DNA of 64,000 nt, from positions 1,999,893 through 2,063,892 of the forward strand of contig OZ244951.1 of the NCBI GenBank assembly GCA_965222315.1, in the 5' to 3' direction. Numbering within the stretch: position 1 is the first letter of the stretch; the number at the start of each line of letters is the position of its first letter. Positions 1 through 9,562 of this stretch are shown here, piece by piece. The DNA comes from Alphaproteobacteria bacterium (GTDB lineage: Bacteria; Pseudomonadota; Alphaproteobacteria; Bin95). A program made the position numbers and the translations under genes. The notes under the pieces were generated by a model that saw only the letters and a list, made by a program, of their open reading frames with translations, was not told where the DNA came from and searched no databases.

Positions 1-119
1 TTCCTCGACCGTCCCGGCCCGCAGGGTGACCCGCTTTGGCGCATCGGGAAACAGGGAGGCGAAAGGACGGGGCAGGATCACCGTTACCTCGGCGGGCGGT
101 TCGCGTACCATTGGGGGCC

Positions 120-1205
120 TCAGTTGCCGGTGCACAATACTTCGACCGAGAGGATCGAGGGCAGGTGCTCCGCGATCCTGCTCCAGTTATCGCCCTCGTC
201 CAGGCTCGCGTAGATCTCGCCGGAGGTGGTGCCGAAATAGAACCCTGCCGCGTCCTGCCCGTCCGTCGCCATCGCCTGGCGCAGCACGGAGAGGTAGGCG
301 TTCCGCTGAGGCAGGCCGTTGCGCAGCGCGGTCCAGGTTTGCCCGGCATCCCCGGTCCGCCACACCGCCGCCTGACCGTCCAGGGCGAAGCGGCCGCCGA
401 TATCGCTGTTCAGGGGGAAAAGATAGAGTGTATCCGGGTCCCGCGGATGGGCGATAGCTGGGAAGCCGAAGGTGGAGGGCAGGCCCGGCTCAATGCTTTC
501 CCAGGAAACCCCAGCATCGTCGCTGCGGTACATGCCGCAATGGTTCTGCTGATAGAGCCGGTCGGGCATTCCGGCCGCCATGGCGAGCGCGTGCACGCAT
601 TGCCCGAATTCCGGATAGCGGTCTGCTTCCGGGGCATAGTCCTGGCGGGTGCCCTTGTTGCGCATCTCCCAGGTTTGCCCGCCGTCCGCCGAGGCCAGCA
701 CGCCGACCGCCGATATGCCGATCCAGAGCCGTTCGCGATCGGAGGGGTGAATCAGGATGTGGTGCAGGATCAGTCCGGCTCCGCCCGGCGCCCAATCCGG
801 GCGGGTGGGGTGAGACTGAAGCCCCTCAAGGTGCTGCCAGTTTTCACCATTGTCGCCACTGAGGAACAGGCCGGCGGGCTGCACGCCCGCATAGAGCCGG
901 TCATCGTCCAGTGCCAGGCTCCAGACGGCGCCGATCGGCGCCTCGCCCTCCGCATAGGTTAGGCCGGCACTCGAATGGCTCCAGGTTTCACCGAAGTCGC
1001 CGGATTTCCAGACGGCGGGGCCAAACCATTCGTTGCCGCCGCCAGCGTAGATCGTGGCGGACGTCGGGTCGCCGATGGCATGGTTGATCGGCCAGGCCTC
1101 GCAATAGGGACCGGCGATGGACCACCCATCGCGGGCTCTGCCGCCATCCAGAACGAACAGGCCCTTTTTCGTGCCAACCAAGAGCCGGGTGTGAACACTC
1201 ATCTC
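120..1205 (-). CDS. BNR/Asp-box repeat protein (sialidase / glycoside-hydrolase-like beta-propeller)
   Basis: Six S/TxDxGxTW Asp-box motifs (SGDFGETWS, SGDNGENWQ, SADGGQTWE, SDDAGVSWE, TGDAGQTWT, SLDEGDNWS) in the 379-aa ORF. Start taken at internal MSVHTRL; the upstream extension is unsupported. Confidence 0.6.
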   Translation of the reverse strand, partial: EMSVHTRLLVGTKKGLFVLDGGRARDGWSIAGPYCEAWPINHAIGDPTSATIYAGGGNEWFGPAVWKSGDFGETWSHSSAGLTYAEGEAPIGAVWSLALDDDRLYAGVQPAGLFLSGDNGENWQHLEGLQSHPTRPDWAPGGAGLILHHILIHPSDRERLWIGISAVGVLASADGGQTWEMRNKGTRQDYAPEADRYPEFGQCVHALAMAAGMPDRLYQQNHCGMYRSDDAGVSWESIEPGLPSTFGFPAIAHPRDPDTLYLFPLNSDIGGRFALDGQAAVWRTGDAGQTWTALRNGLPQRNAYLSVLRQAMATDGQDAAGFYFGTTSGEIYASLDEGDNWSRIAEHLPSILSVEVLCTGN

Positions 1206-1277
1206 AGCATGCTCCGCGAATGGCGCGGGCTTCGCCGCGCGGATTGACTGTCTCTGCAATCACCGGCGGCAGAGTGA

Positions 1278-1299
1278 TTGACATTTAGTTTGATGTCAA
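1278..1299. promoter_or_regulatory. Candidate MarR operator: inverted repeat TTGACAT-N8-ATGTCAA between the divergent BNR gene and the MarR gene
   Basis: Perfect 7-bp arms read directly at 1278-1284 and 1293-1299, 13 bp upstream of the MarR ATG. A second inverted repeat CAATCAC..GTGATTG lies at 1257-1280. Confidence 0.4.
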
Positions 1300-1311
1300 C
1301 ATATTTGCAGG

Positions 1312-1785
1312 ATGAACAATTCGAAACCCCTGCACGCAGCCATGCGGGATGATCTTCCTCTTTCCATTACCCGCGAGGTGCGCAACCGTTGCATCTGCCT
1401 GCATTTGCAGCGTGCCACCCGCGCCGTTGCCCGCAGGTTCGACCAGGCATTGCGGCCGTTCGGTCTTACCAATGGCCAGTTTTCTCTGCTGATGGCGCTA
1501 AACCGGCCCAAAGCGCCGCCGATGAAGGACATAGCAGCCCTTCTGGCTATGGACCGGTCGACCCTGACCGCCACGCTGAAACCGCTGGAGCGCCGGGGAA
1601 TGGTCCGGGTCCTCCCTGACGAGGCCGACCGGCGCAGCCGGCTGCTCTATATTACCGACGCAGGCAGGGATGCACTGGCCGCGGCTTTGGATACGTGGCG
1701 CACGACCCACGATGAGATTGACCGCCTGGTGACGGATGGTTCCCTGGATGAAATGCGCAGCGGCCTCGAACAACTGGCGCGGTAA
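1312..1785 (+). CDS. MarR family transcriptional regulator
   Basis: 157 aa with a winged-HTH MarR signature (LTNGQFSLLMAL...MKDIAALLAMDRSTLTATLKPLERRGMVRV...DRRSRLLYITDAGRDAL). Confidence 0.8.
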   Translation: MNNSKPLHAAMRDDLPLSITREVRNRCICLHLQRATRAVARRFDQALRPFGLTNGQFSLLMALNRPKAPPMKDIAALLAMDRSTLTATLKPLERRGMVRVLPDEADRRSRLLYITDAGRDALAAALDTWRTTHDEIDRLVTDGSLDEMRSGLEQLAR

Positions 1786-1804
1786 TCCTAGGGGGAAATA
1801 ATCG

Positions 1805-2890
1805 CTAGTTCGGCCGGACGTCGTTCGCGACCGCACGAACCACCGTAAGCGCCTTGTCCACCATGGCCTCGTTCACGTCGAGATGGGTGACGGCGCGCAT
1901 CAGGCCCTTCGGGCCGTAGCCCGCGCCGATGCGGACGCCCTTTTCCAGCAGGCGCTGGTTCATCTCGACATTAGAAATACCCAGACCGCTGGCGTCGAAG
2001 AACACCATGTTGGTCGCGATCTCCGGCGGGTCGAGCACGATGCCCTCAATCTGCGCCAGGCCGCGGGCGAGGCGGCGCGCGTTCTCATGATCTTCCGCCA
2101 GGCGGTCGATATGGTGCTCGAAGGCATAGACGCCGGCCGCCGCAATGATACCCGCCTGCCGCATGGAGCCGCCGAACTGGTGCTTCCAGTGCCAAGCTTC
2201 GTGCATCAGGTCCTTGGAGCCGACCAGCACCGCGCCGACTGGGCAGCCCAGGCCCTTGGACAGGTCAATCCAGGTTGTGTCGCATAGCTGGGCAAAATCC
2301 TTCGCCGGGCGGCCGCTGGCCACCGCGGCATTCAGCAAGCGCGCGCCATCCATGTGCATGGCGAGGCCACGCTCCCGCGCCGCTTCACTCACGCCTTTCA
2401 TGGTCTCCCATGGCCAAACCGCGCCGCCGCCGAAGTTGGAGGTCTGCTCAACCGACACGACTTTCGCCTGCACCCGGTTGTGCTTGTAGGGCCGGATGGC
2501 GGCGTGCACTTGTTCGCCCGTGAAGATGCCCTGGTCACCTTTGACCGTAATCATCATCGCGCCGGAGAGGGCGGCGGGGCCACCCGCCTCCGCATGGATC
2601 GGATGAGCGAGTTCGTCCAGTATGACGCCATCGCCTTGCCGGCAATAAAGGCGGTAGGCAATGGCGTTGCACATGGTGCCGGACGGCACATAGACGGCGG
2701 CCTCATGCCCCGTCAGCTCGCATGCCATCTCGCAGAGCCTGTTTACCGTCGGGTCTTCACCCGCCTGTTCGTCGCCGACAACGGCGTCGGCCATAGCCTG
2801 CCGCATGGCCTGGGTGGGGCGGGTGCCGGTGTCGCTGCCGAAGTCGATTTCGATTGCTGGTAGAGCAGGCATGGAGGTGATGTCTCTCAA
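1805..2890 (-). CDS. ltaE: Low-specificity L-threonine aldolase (beta-eliminating lyase family)
   Basis: 361 aa of the PLP fold-type I threonine aldolase family; conserved MCNAIA, HMDGARL and SKGLGCPVGAVL regions visible. Confidence 0.7.
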   Translation of the reverse strand: MRDITSMPALPAIEIDFGSDTGTRPTQAMRQAMADAVVGDEQAGEDPTVNRLCEMACELTGHEAAVYVPSGTMCNAIAYRLYCRQGDGVILDELAHPIHAEAGGPAALSGAMMITVKGDQGIFTGEQVHAAIRPYKHNRVQAKVVSVEQTSNFGGGAVWPWETMKGVSEAARERGLAMHMDGARLLNAAVASGRPAKDFAQLCDTTWIDLSKGLGCPVGAVLVGSKDLMHEAWHWKHQFGGSMRQAGIIAAAGVYAFEHHIDRLAEDHENARRLARGLAQIEGIVLDPPEIATNMVFFDASGLGISNVEMNQRLLEKGVRIGAGYGPKGLMRAVTHLDVNEAMVDKALTVVRAVANDVRPN

Positions 2891-3398
2891 TTTGCGTTGA
2901 ACCCGTAAACTAGCAAACGCCCTAGTCCTTGCCTATCCGTCTGGCGTTGGTTCGGGGGCGGATTCAGGTGCTGGCAGGGGAAGCCACAGCGATAATTGCT
3001 GCGCTGACACCATTTTCCTCGCTGCCGGCCATGGCTTGGCTGATGGCGCCTGAAAAGGGTGTCCAGGTCTGGATGCGCCGCCGCCCCTGGGACCGCCAAC
3101 CGCCGGAATGAGCCGGTACAACAGAACAAGCGCGATTTGGCGGTGAACCCTACTGGCATGATGGACCAGGAAGGCCAAAATTATCTGTCGGACAAGATGG
3201 GTCCTGCCTCTACTCTCGGCGCCTATTGCACTGTGGCCTGATCATTTTCCCGGTGTTCTTACCTGGCCGATCAGTCCTTCGGCTAAGGAAGCTAGGGCTG
3301 CGGCATCGCATTGGCGACCTTCCCGCTAGCCTTTGCATCGATCCTTAACTAGGCTACCGGGCAATCAGAAATACCCTTAACAGAGTGATGGAGAAGGT

Positions 3399-5003
3399 AT
3401 GTCCACCTACGATTATATCGTTGTCGGTGCCGGTTCCGCCGGTTGTGTGATTGCGGCGCGCCTGAGCGAAGATTCGTCGAAATCCGTGCTGCTGCTGGAG
3501 GCAGGACCGGAGGACAAGTCCATGTGGATCGACATTCCCGCCGGCTTCTCCAAGCTGCTGAACAACACCACCTACAACTGGAATTTCGAGACTGAGCCCG
3601 AGCCCACCATGCACAACCGCCAGATCCCCATTCCGCGGGGAAAGACGCTGGGCGGCTCGTCTTCCATCAACGGTATGCTTTACGTACGCGGTAACCCGCT
3701 CGACTACAATTCCTGGAGCCAGCTTGGGAATCGCGGCTGGTCCTACGAGAGTGTGCTGCCTTACTTTAAAAAATCTGAAAATTTCGAGGGCGACGCTGAC
3801 GATTCCCGCGGCAAGGGCGGTCCGCTTAACGTGGCGCACATGCGCGAGCATCACGAAATCTGCGACGCCTGGATCAAGGCAGCGGGCGCTCAGGGTTACC
3901 CGATCAACAAGGATTACAACAACGGGAACCAGGAAGGCTTCGGCTACTACCAGGTGACGCAGAAAGACGGCAAGCGCCACTCGCTCGCCCGCGCGTTCCT
4001 CGACCCGGCCAAGGGCCGCAAGAACCTGCATATCGTCACCAACGCCATGACCGAGCGGGTTGTGTTGGAAGGCAAGAAAGCGGTGGGCGTGGAGTACTCC
4101 GTCCACGGCAAGAAAGAAATCGCCAATGCGGGGCGCGAAGTGATCGTCTGCGCCGGCGCCGTCTCTTCGCCGGGCATTTTGGAGCATTCCGGCATCGGCC
4201 GTGCCGACGTGCTGAAGCCGCTCGGCATAGACGTACAGCACGAATTGCTAGGCGTCGGTGAGAATTACGGTGACCACTGCGCTCCCCGGATGCGCTGGCG
4301 CGTGACCAAGCCCATCACCCTGAACGAGCAGAGCCGCGGCTTCAGCCTCGTGAAGGAAGTGTTGAAATATTACACCGGCGGTAAGGGCATCCTGACCCTG
4401 ACCGCCGGTGTCGCCTATGGCTTCATCAAGACCAACGAGCATGTCGAGGAACCGGACATGCAGTTCCACTTCGCCCCGGCCTCCTATGGCACGGCGGCGA
4501 CGCGCGAATTGGAGAAGGAGCCGGGCATGACCACGGTCATTGGCCAGTGCCGCCCGGAAAGCCGTGGTTCCATTCATCTGAAATCCGCCCGCGTTGGCGA
4601 AGCACCGGCCATCCGCCCGAATTTCCTCTCAGAGAAAGTTGATCAGGACTGCACCGTTGCCGGTCTGATGGCGGCACGGAGCATCATCGAGAACCCGATC
4701 ATGGACCCCTACCGGAAGTTCGAGGCCGCGCCGGGTGCTGACTGCAACACCTATGACGAGTGGCTGGACTTTGCCCGCTCCAACGCCCAGACGACCTACC
4801 ACGTGGTCGGGACCTGTAAAATGGGGCTGGCGACGGACCGCATGGCGGTGGTGGACGACGAATTGCGGGTCCATGGTATTGAGGGGCTGCGGGTGATCGA
4901 TGCCTCCATCATGCCGACGGTCCCCAGCGGCAATACCAATGCCCCGACCATCATGGTGGCGGAGAAGGGGGCGGACCTGATCAAGGCCGCCGCGGCCGCC
5001 TAG
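3399..5003 (+). CDS. GMC family oxidoreductase (choline/alcohol dehydrogenase-like flavoprotein)
   Basis: N-terminal FAD motif [25 protein letters not shown] signature 1 ([18 protein letters not shown]) and a C-terminal HxxGTCKMG active-site region. Confidence 0.8.
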   Translation: MSTYDYIVVGAGSAGCVIAARLSEDSSKSVLLLEAGPEDKSMWIDIPAGFSKLLNNTTYNWNFETEPEPTMHNRQIPIPRGKTLGGSSSINGMLYVRGNPLDYNSWSQLGNRGWSYESVLPYFKKSENFEGDADDSRGKGGPLNVAHMREHHEICDAWIKAAGAQGYPINKDYNNGNQEGFGYYQVTQKDGKRHSLARAFLDPAKGRKNLHIVTNAMTERVVLEGKKAVGVEYSVHGKKEIANAGREVIVCAGAVSSPGILEHSGIGRADVLKPLGIDVQHELLGVGENYGDHCAPRMRWRVTKPITLNEQSRGFSLVKEVLKYYTGGKGILTLTAGVAYGFIKTNEHVEEPDMQFHFAPASYGTAATRELEKEPGMTTVIGQCRPESRGSIHLKSARVGEAPAIRPNFLSEKVDQDCTVAGLMAARSIIENPIMDPYRKFEAAPGADCNTYDEWLDFARSNAQTTYHVVGTCKMGLATDRMAVVDDELRVHGIEGLRVIDASIMPTVPSGNTNAPTIMVAEKGADLIKAAAAA

Positions 5004-5443
5004 AGCGCCAGCGCCATCACCAGCGCATCGACCCGGCCGGCGCCGCGCTTGTAGTAGCCGGTCCGCCGGCCGGCTGTTTCGAAGCCGGCCTCTTCATAGA
5101 ATCGCTGGGCTGGCAGGTTGTCGACGGCAACTTCCAGCAACAGCCGTTTCACCTTTAGTGCCTTCAGTGCAATGCAGGCTGTCTCCAGCAGCGCGCAGGC
5201 CACGCCTTGGCGGCGGGCGGCGGGCGCGACGCCGATAGTGAAAATTTCGGCTTCGTCAGCTGCGTGGCGGACGAGGATCAGTCCCTTGTCAGGCATCATC
5301 CAGCCGAAAGTGCCGGGCGTGCCCAGCAATGTTCTGAAAGTCTCCGCACTCCAGGCAGCGCCGCCCAAGCCTTCCGCCATGGCCTGGGCATGCAGGCGGG
5401 CTGCGTCATCCGTATTGTCTGGGCGGAGCGCGACCAGTTCCAC
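5000..5443 (-). CDS. rimI: GNAT acetyltransferase, ribosomal-protein-alanine N-acetyltransferase RimI-like
   Basis: GNAT motif (IFTIGVAPAARRQGVACALL...RFYEEAGF) immediately downstream of tsaB, as in the conserved tsaB-rimI pair. The start is uncertain; the ORF extends to 5569 but a GTG/ATG near 5440 fits RimI length. Confidence 0.55.
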   Translation of the reverse strand: MELVALRPDNTDDAARLHAQAMAEGLGGAAWSAETFRTLLGTPGTFGWMMPDKGLILVRHAADEAEIFTIGVAPAARRQGVACALLETACIALKALKVKRLLLEVAVDNLPAQRFYEEAGFETAGRRTGYYKRGAGRVDALVMALAL

Positions 5444-5447
5444 GGCT

Positions 5448-6155
5448 TCAGTCCGTCCGTGCGCGCAGGCGGCCACCGTCCTTTGGCAGTTTTGCCCGTG
5501 GCGGTGCGAGATAGAGCGGCTGTGCCGGCCAGCCGGTCCTACCCTTGGCAAGTTGCTGCATCGCTGCATTGGCGACCATTGGGGCCGTCAATGCGCGTGC
5601 GCCGGTATCCTGGCAAGGCAACCCGGCTGCCAGCAGCGCTGGCACGCCGTCCCCCGCTAGCAGGGTATCGTGGCCCGCCAGAGCCTCAACGGCTTCCTCA
5701 GCGGTCAGGTTGCGGCCCTCCGCAGGCCAGCCCGGCGCAGGTGCGAGAGCGGCATCGAGTAGCTGGACGTAGAGGCTACGCGCCTTGCTGTCGAAGGCCA
5801 CTGCGATAGGCCTGCGTTCAAGATTGGGCAAGCTGGCTGCCAATGCGGTGAAGCGGTCGATCCCAACCAGCGTCAGACCCGCGCCATACGCCAACCCTTG
5901 AGCGGCGGAGAGCCCGGTACGCAGGCCGGTGAACGAGCCCGGCCCGACGGTCGTCGTCAGCGCATCCAAATCGCGAAGCTTCACCCCTGCTGCGGCAAGC
6001 ACCTTTTGTACCGAGGGCAGCAAAAACTCCACATGCCCCCGCTGCATGGGCAGATGCATTGCGGCAAGTGCGCGACGGCCCTGGCAGATGGCGATGCTCA
6101 GCGCAGCGCCAGCCGTGTCGAAGGCTAAGATGGCGGGAGGGGGCTTCTCAGGCAT
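5448..6155 (-). CDS. tsaB: tRNA threonylcarbamoyladenosine biosynthesis protein TsaB (YeaZ)
   Basis: 235 aa; the N-terminus ILAFDTAGAALSIAI...VGPGSFTGLRTGLSAAQGLA is typical of the inactive Kae1/TsaD paralog. Confidence 0.75.
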   Translation of the reverse strand: MPEKPPPAILAFDTAGAALSIAICQGRRALAAMHLPMQRGHVEFLLPSVQKVLAAAGVKLRDLDALTTTVGPGSFTGLRTGLSAAQGLAYGAGLTLVGIDRFTALAASLPNLERRPIAVAFDSKARSLYVQLLDAALAPAPGWPAEGRNLTAEEAVEALAGHDTLLAGDGVPALLAAGLPCQDTGARALTAPMVANAAMQQLAKGRTGWPAQPLYLAPPRAKLPKDGGRLRARTD

Positions 6156-6969
6156 AGGCCAGCAATAGCAGCAACACGCCCAGGCCCAAACGATAGATCA
6201 CAAAGGGTAGGAAGCTCGCCCGCGCCAGCCAGCGCATCATCAGGATGATGGCAAGCCAGGCGCTGGCGAAGGCCAAGCCGGCTCCGATCATCGCATCGTG
6301 TTCCAACTGCACGTTGCCGGACTTGACTAGGTCGAGCCCCGCCAGCGCGCCAGCCCCCAGGATCGTCGGGATTGAGAGCAGTAGGGCGAAGCGCGCTGCA
6401 TCGACCCGGTTCAGGCCGACCGCCCGGCCCATGGTCATGCAAATTCCGGAGCGGCTGACGCCCGGTATCAAGGCCAGCACCTGCGCCAGACCGATGGCCA
6501 ATGCCCGGCCATAGCCCAGCTGCGGCAGCGCCAGCCGGGTCCCCATTCGGTCGGAGAGCCAGAGCGCAACGCCAAAGATCAGTGTGGTCCAGCCGATCAC
6601 CTCCACGGTTCGGGCATTGTCGGTGATCAGGTCTTTGACCAGAAAGCCGACGATGAACACAGGGATTGTCGCCAGCGCCACTTGCCAGGCCAGATGCCAG
6701 CCGTCATTCCGCTTGCCGGTGATACCCTGCAGCAGCCCCGCGATGACCTGCCACAGATCGCGCCAGACATAGAGAATGACCGCACCCAACGTGCCCACAT
6801 GCAGGGCGACGTCCATCACCAGATCGGCGTTCGCGTTGGCGCCGACCGTATCCAGCCCGGCAGATGCGCCGAATTCCCGCATCAGGATCAGGTGGCCGGA
6901 CGAACTGATCGGCAAAAACTCCGTGATACCCTGAACGAGAGCCAGGACTACAATGGCGGCCAAAGACAT
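6148..6969 (-). CDS. uppP: Undecaprenyl-diphosphatase (UppP/BacA)
   Basis: Polytopic membrane protein carrying the BacA motifs GITEFLPISSSGHL and PGVSRSG. Start taken at MSLAAIVVL. Confidence 0.8.
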   Translation of the reverse strand: MSLAAIVVLALVQGITEFLPISSSGHLILMREFGASAGLDTVGANANADLVMDVALHVGTLGAVILYVWRDLWQVIAGLLQGITGKRNDGWHLAWQVALATIPVFIVGFLVKDLITDNARTVEVIGWTTLIFGVALWLSDRMGTRLALPQLGYGRALAIGLAQVLALIPGVSRSGICMTMGRAVGLNRVDAARFALLLSIPTILGAGALAGLDLVKSGNVQLEHDAMIGAGLAFASAWLAIILMMRWLARASFLPFVIYRLGLGVLLLLLAYA

Positions 6970-7061
6970 CGGGCAGACTCCAAGGCGGGCGTGACGGTAT
7001 AGACGGCGTGACGAAGGCGCACTGCCCAAAATGACGGCAATTCGTTAAGAGTGTTCTCACC

Positions 7062-7730
7062 ATGCCAATGCTTTTTCACCTCCCACTTTCCCCTTTCTGC
7101 CGCAAGGTCCGCTTGGTCGCGGCGGAAAAGAGCGTTGGCGTTGAGCTTCAGGTTGAGGAGCCCTGGCGGCGGAACGAAGAGTTTCTGGCGCTGAACCCGG
7201 CCTGTGTCGTGCCGGTGTGGGTGGAGGACGATGGGTCGGTACTCGCCGAGTCGTCTGCGATCTGCGAGTACCTGGACGATATTGACATGAGCGCCAGCCT
7301 GCTGGGCGATACGCCCGGCGACCGGGCCGAGACACGGCGGCTGGCAGCTTGGTTTGACATCAAGTTCTATCGGGAAGTCACCGACTATCTGTACGGCGAG
7401 CGCGTGTTAAAGCGTATCCGCCGGACGGGCGAGCCCAACTCCGCCGCCATTCGCGCCGGTCGGCAGAACATCACCTATCACCTGGACTATATCGCCTGGC
7501 TGACGGAGCGGCGGAACTGGCTGGCGGGCGGCAGGCTCAGCCTTGCGGATCTTGCCGCGGCTGCCCAATTGTCGACTCTCGACTATCTGGGCGAGGTGCC
7601 GTGGGACCATTCTGAAGGCGCGAAGGTCTGGTATCAGCGGGTCAAGTCCCGCCCTAGCTTCCGCACCCTGCTGGCCGATTCGGTGCCCGGCTTCCCGCCA
7701 CCCGCTCACTACGCTGATTTGGACTTTTAG
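7062..7730 (+). CDS. Glutathione S-transferase family protein
   Basis: 222 aa with an N-terminal thioredoxin-like GST domain (LFHLPLSPFCRKVRL...ALNPACVVPVW...SSAICEYL) and a helical C-terminal domain. Confidence 0.75.
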   Translation: MPMLFHLPLSPFCRKVRLVAAEKSVGVELQVEEPWRRNEEFLALNPACVVPVWVEDDGSVLAESSAICEYLDDIDMSASLLGDTPGDRAETRRLAAWFDIKFYREVTDYLYGERVLKRIRRTGEPNSAAIRAGRQNITYHLDYIAWLTERRNWLAGGRLSLADLAAAAQLSTLDYLGEVPWDHSEGAKVWYQRVKSRPSFRTLLADSVPGFPPPAHYADLDF

Positions 7731-7749
7731 ATTTCCGAAAGGGTCCGCC

Positions 7750-8427
7750 ATGAAGTATTTGCTCGCCGCGATCGGCATCCTTCTCCTGGCTATGCCTGCA
7801 TGGGCTGACGAACGCCCGGACGATCCCTCGCAGATTGTGCTGGAATTGGTTGAAGAAGCCTGGGTCGAGACAAAGACGGCGCGCGTAGCGTTGCAGCTCA
7901 AGACCCTGCTGACCGATGACAAAGCGGCGGAGCCGGTGGTGGAGCCGAATGCCTTGTTTTCGCCGGTCGTCGATGGCGTTTGGCAGATGACGGAGTTCCA
8001 CCGCGGCCAGACGGATACCGGCTTCGAGCAATGGGTGATTGTCGCGGAAGCCCGCATCCCGCAGACGGCGCTTACCGGTATTTATGACCGGGTGAAGCAG
8101 GCGAGTAGCCGGGGACGGACTTTCACCGTCCGCGAGGTAGACTTTACGCCCTCGCTGGCAGAACGCCAGGCGACGGCGGCCAAGCTGAGGGCCGCGCTTT
8201 ACAAGCGCGCGTCCGACGAAGCCGACGCCATCGCCGCAATATTCCCTGGCAGGGGGTTCGCGGTGCATCGGGTGGACTTTGGTGGTGCGGCAGTGCCCGC
8301 GCCCGTCATGATGCGCGCTCAGGCGGAGGACGCTCGCGCTTATGCCGGAAATGCGAAGCACGCTGGACCGTCGGTGTCTGAGCGGATGGTGCTGCGAGCG
8401 ACGGTTGTCGTAGCCTCGGATGATTGA
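7750..8427 (+). CDS. Hypothetical exported protein (signal peptide MKYLLAAIGILLLAMPAWA)
   Basis: The in-frame ATG at 7750 gives a 225-aa protein with a classic Sec signal. The ORF-track extension to 7543 overlaps the GST gene and is unlikely. No recognisable family. Confidence 0.45.
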   Translation: MKYLLAAIGILLLAMPAWADERPDDPSQIVLELVEEAWVETKTARVALQLKTLLTDDKAAEPVVEPNALFSPVVDGVWQMTEFHRGQTDTGFEQWVIVAEARIPQTALTGIYDRVKQASSRGRTFTVREVDFTPSLAERQATAAKLRAALYKRASDEADAIAAIFPGRGFAVHRVDFGGAAVPAPVMMRAQAEDARAYAGNAKHAGPSVSERMVLRATVVVASDD

Positions 8428-8548
8428 CGAGACCGGCGAATAAACGACGTGAAACACCCTGCCGCTTGCGGTTAAGCCGCTCGCACGGCATACCAACCGC
8501 AGAGACGCCTGTCCCCCGGCAGGATTGGAAACGGTAGAGCGAGGCTCC

Positions 8549-9502
8549 ATGGCGATGGCGGCACAACGCGTTGTAGTGTTTGGTGGCTCCGGCTTTGTCG
8601 GACGGTATGTGGTCAAGCGTCTGGCGGCGGCGGGTTCGCCGGTGCGGGTGGCGTGCCGTGACACGGAAGCAGCCAAGTTTCTGAAGCCCATGGGCGCAGT
8701 CGGTCAGGTCAGCCTGATGCAGACGAACGTGCGCTATCCCGAAACCGTGGCCCGTGCCTGCGAAGGTGTGGACGCCGTGGTGAACCTTGTCGGCATCCTG
8801 TCGGAGTTCGGTGCGCAGCAATTCCGCGCCGTGCAGGCGGAGGGCGCGGACACGATCGCCAAGGCCGCCGCGGCGGCCGGCGTCAAGACCATGGTGCATC
8901 TCTCCGCCATCGGTGCGGATGCAGACAGCGATTCCCTTTATGCCCAGTCAAAGGCCGAGGGGGAGGCCGCAGTCCGCGCCGCGATGCCGGATGCCACGAT
9001 TATCCGGCCGAGCGTGGTCTTCGGGCCGGAAGACGACTTCTTCAACCGTTTCGCCGATCTGGCGCGGTTTGCGCCGGCTCTGCCGCTGATCGACGGCGGG
9101 CACAACAAAATGCAGCCGGTCTATGTTGGCGATGTGGCCGACGCTATATGCGAGGCGCTCTCCGATCCGGCGTGCGCTGGCCAGACCTATGAGATAGGCG
9201 GGCCGGATGTGATGACCATGAAGGAAATCATGAAATACACGCTGGAGCAAACGGGTCAGAAGCGGTTCCTCGCACCCTTGCCGTCTTTCATCGCAGCAAT
9301 TCAAGCGCGCTTCCTGGAATTGTTGCCGAATCCTCCGCTCACCCGCGACCAGCTCAAGCTTCTGGACCAGGACAATGTGGTGAGCGAAGGTGCGAAAGGG
9401 CTGGCCGATCTTGGTATTGACCCGACGCCGGTAGGGGCGGTCGTGCCCCGCTACCTCGGCCGTTTCAAGGGCGCACAGCCGCACGAAACCAGCATGGCCT
9501 AG
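8549..9502 (+). CDS. NAD(P)-binding epimerase/dehydratase-fold protein, complex I NDUFA9 (39 kDa)-like
   Basis: Rossmann motif VVFGGSGFVGRYVVKRL and an overall NmrA/NDUFA9-like layout of about 318 aa, common as a standalone gene in alphaproteobacteria. Confidence 0.6.
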   Translation: MAMAAQRVVVFGGSGFVGRYVVKRLAAAGSPVRVACRDTEAAKFLKPMGAVGQVSLMQTNVRYPETVARACEGVDAVVNLVGILSEFGAQQFRAVQAEGADTIAKAAAAAGVKTMVHLSAIGADADSDSLYAQSKAEGEAAVRAAMPDATIIRPSVVFGPEDDFFNRFADLARFAPALPLIDGGHNKMQPVYVGDVADAICEALSDPACAGQTYEIGGPDVMTMKEIMKYTLEQTGQKRFLAPLPSFIAAIQARFLELLPNPPLTRDQLKLLDQDNVVSEGAKGLADLGIDPTPVGAVVPRYLGRFKGAQPHETSMA

Positions 9503-9562
9503 CCCACACTGGCGTCCTAACCGCAGGCATGCCAAGCTTCCGGCCAGCATAAGCCAGACGCA

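Noticed and set aside
2929-3241. Two 60-aa ORFs in the threonine aldolase / GMC divergent intergenic region
   Set aside because: No RBS, no conservation cues, and low-complexity translations; they are most likely non-coding promoter region.
7543-7749. N-terminal extension of the exported hypothetical protein overlapping the GST gene
   Set aside because: The extension overlaps the GST coding sequence in another frame. A canonical signal peptide begins at the internal ATG 7750.
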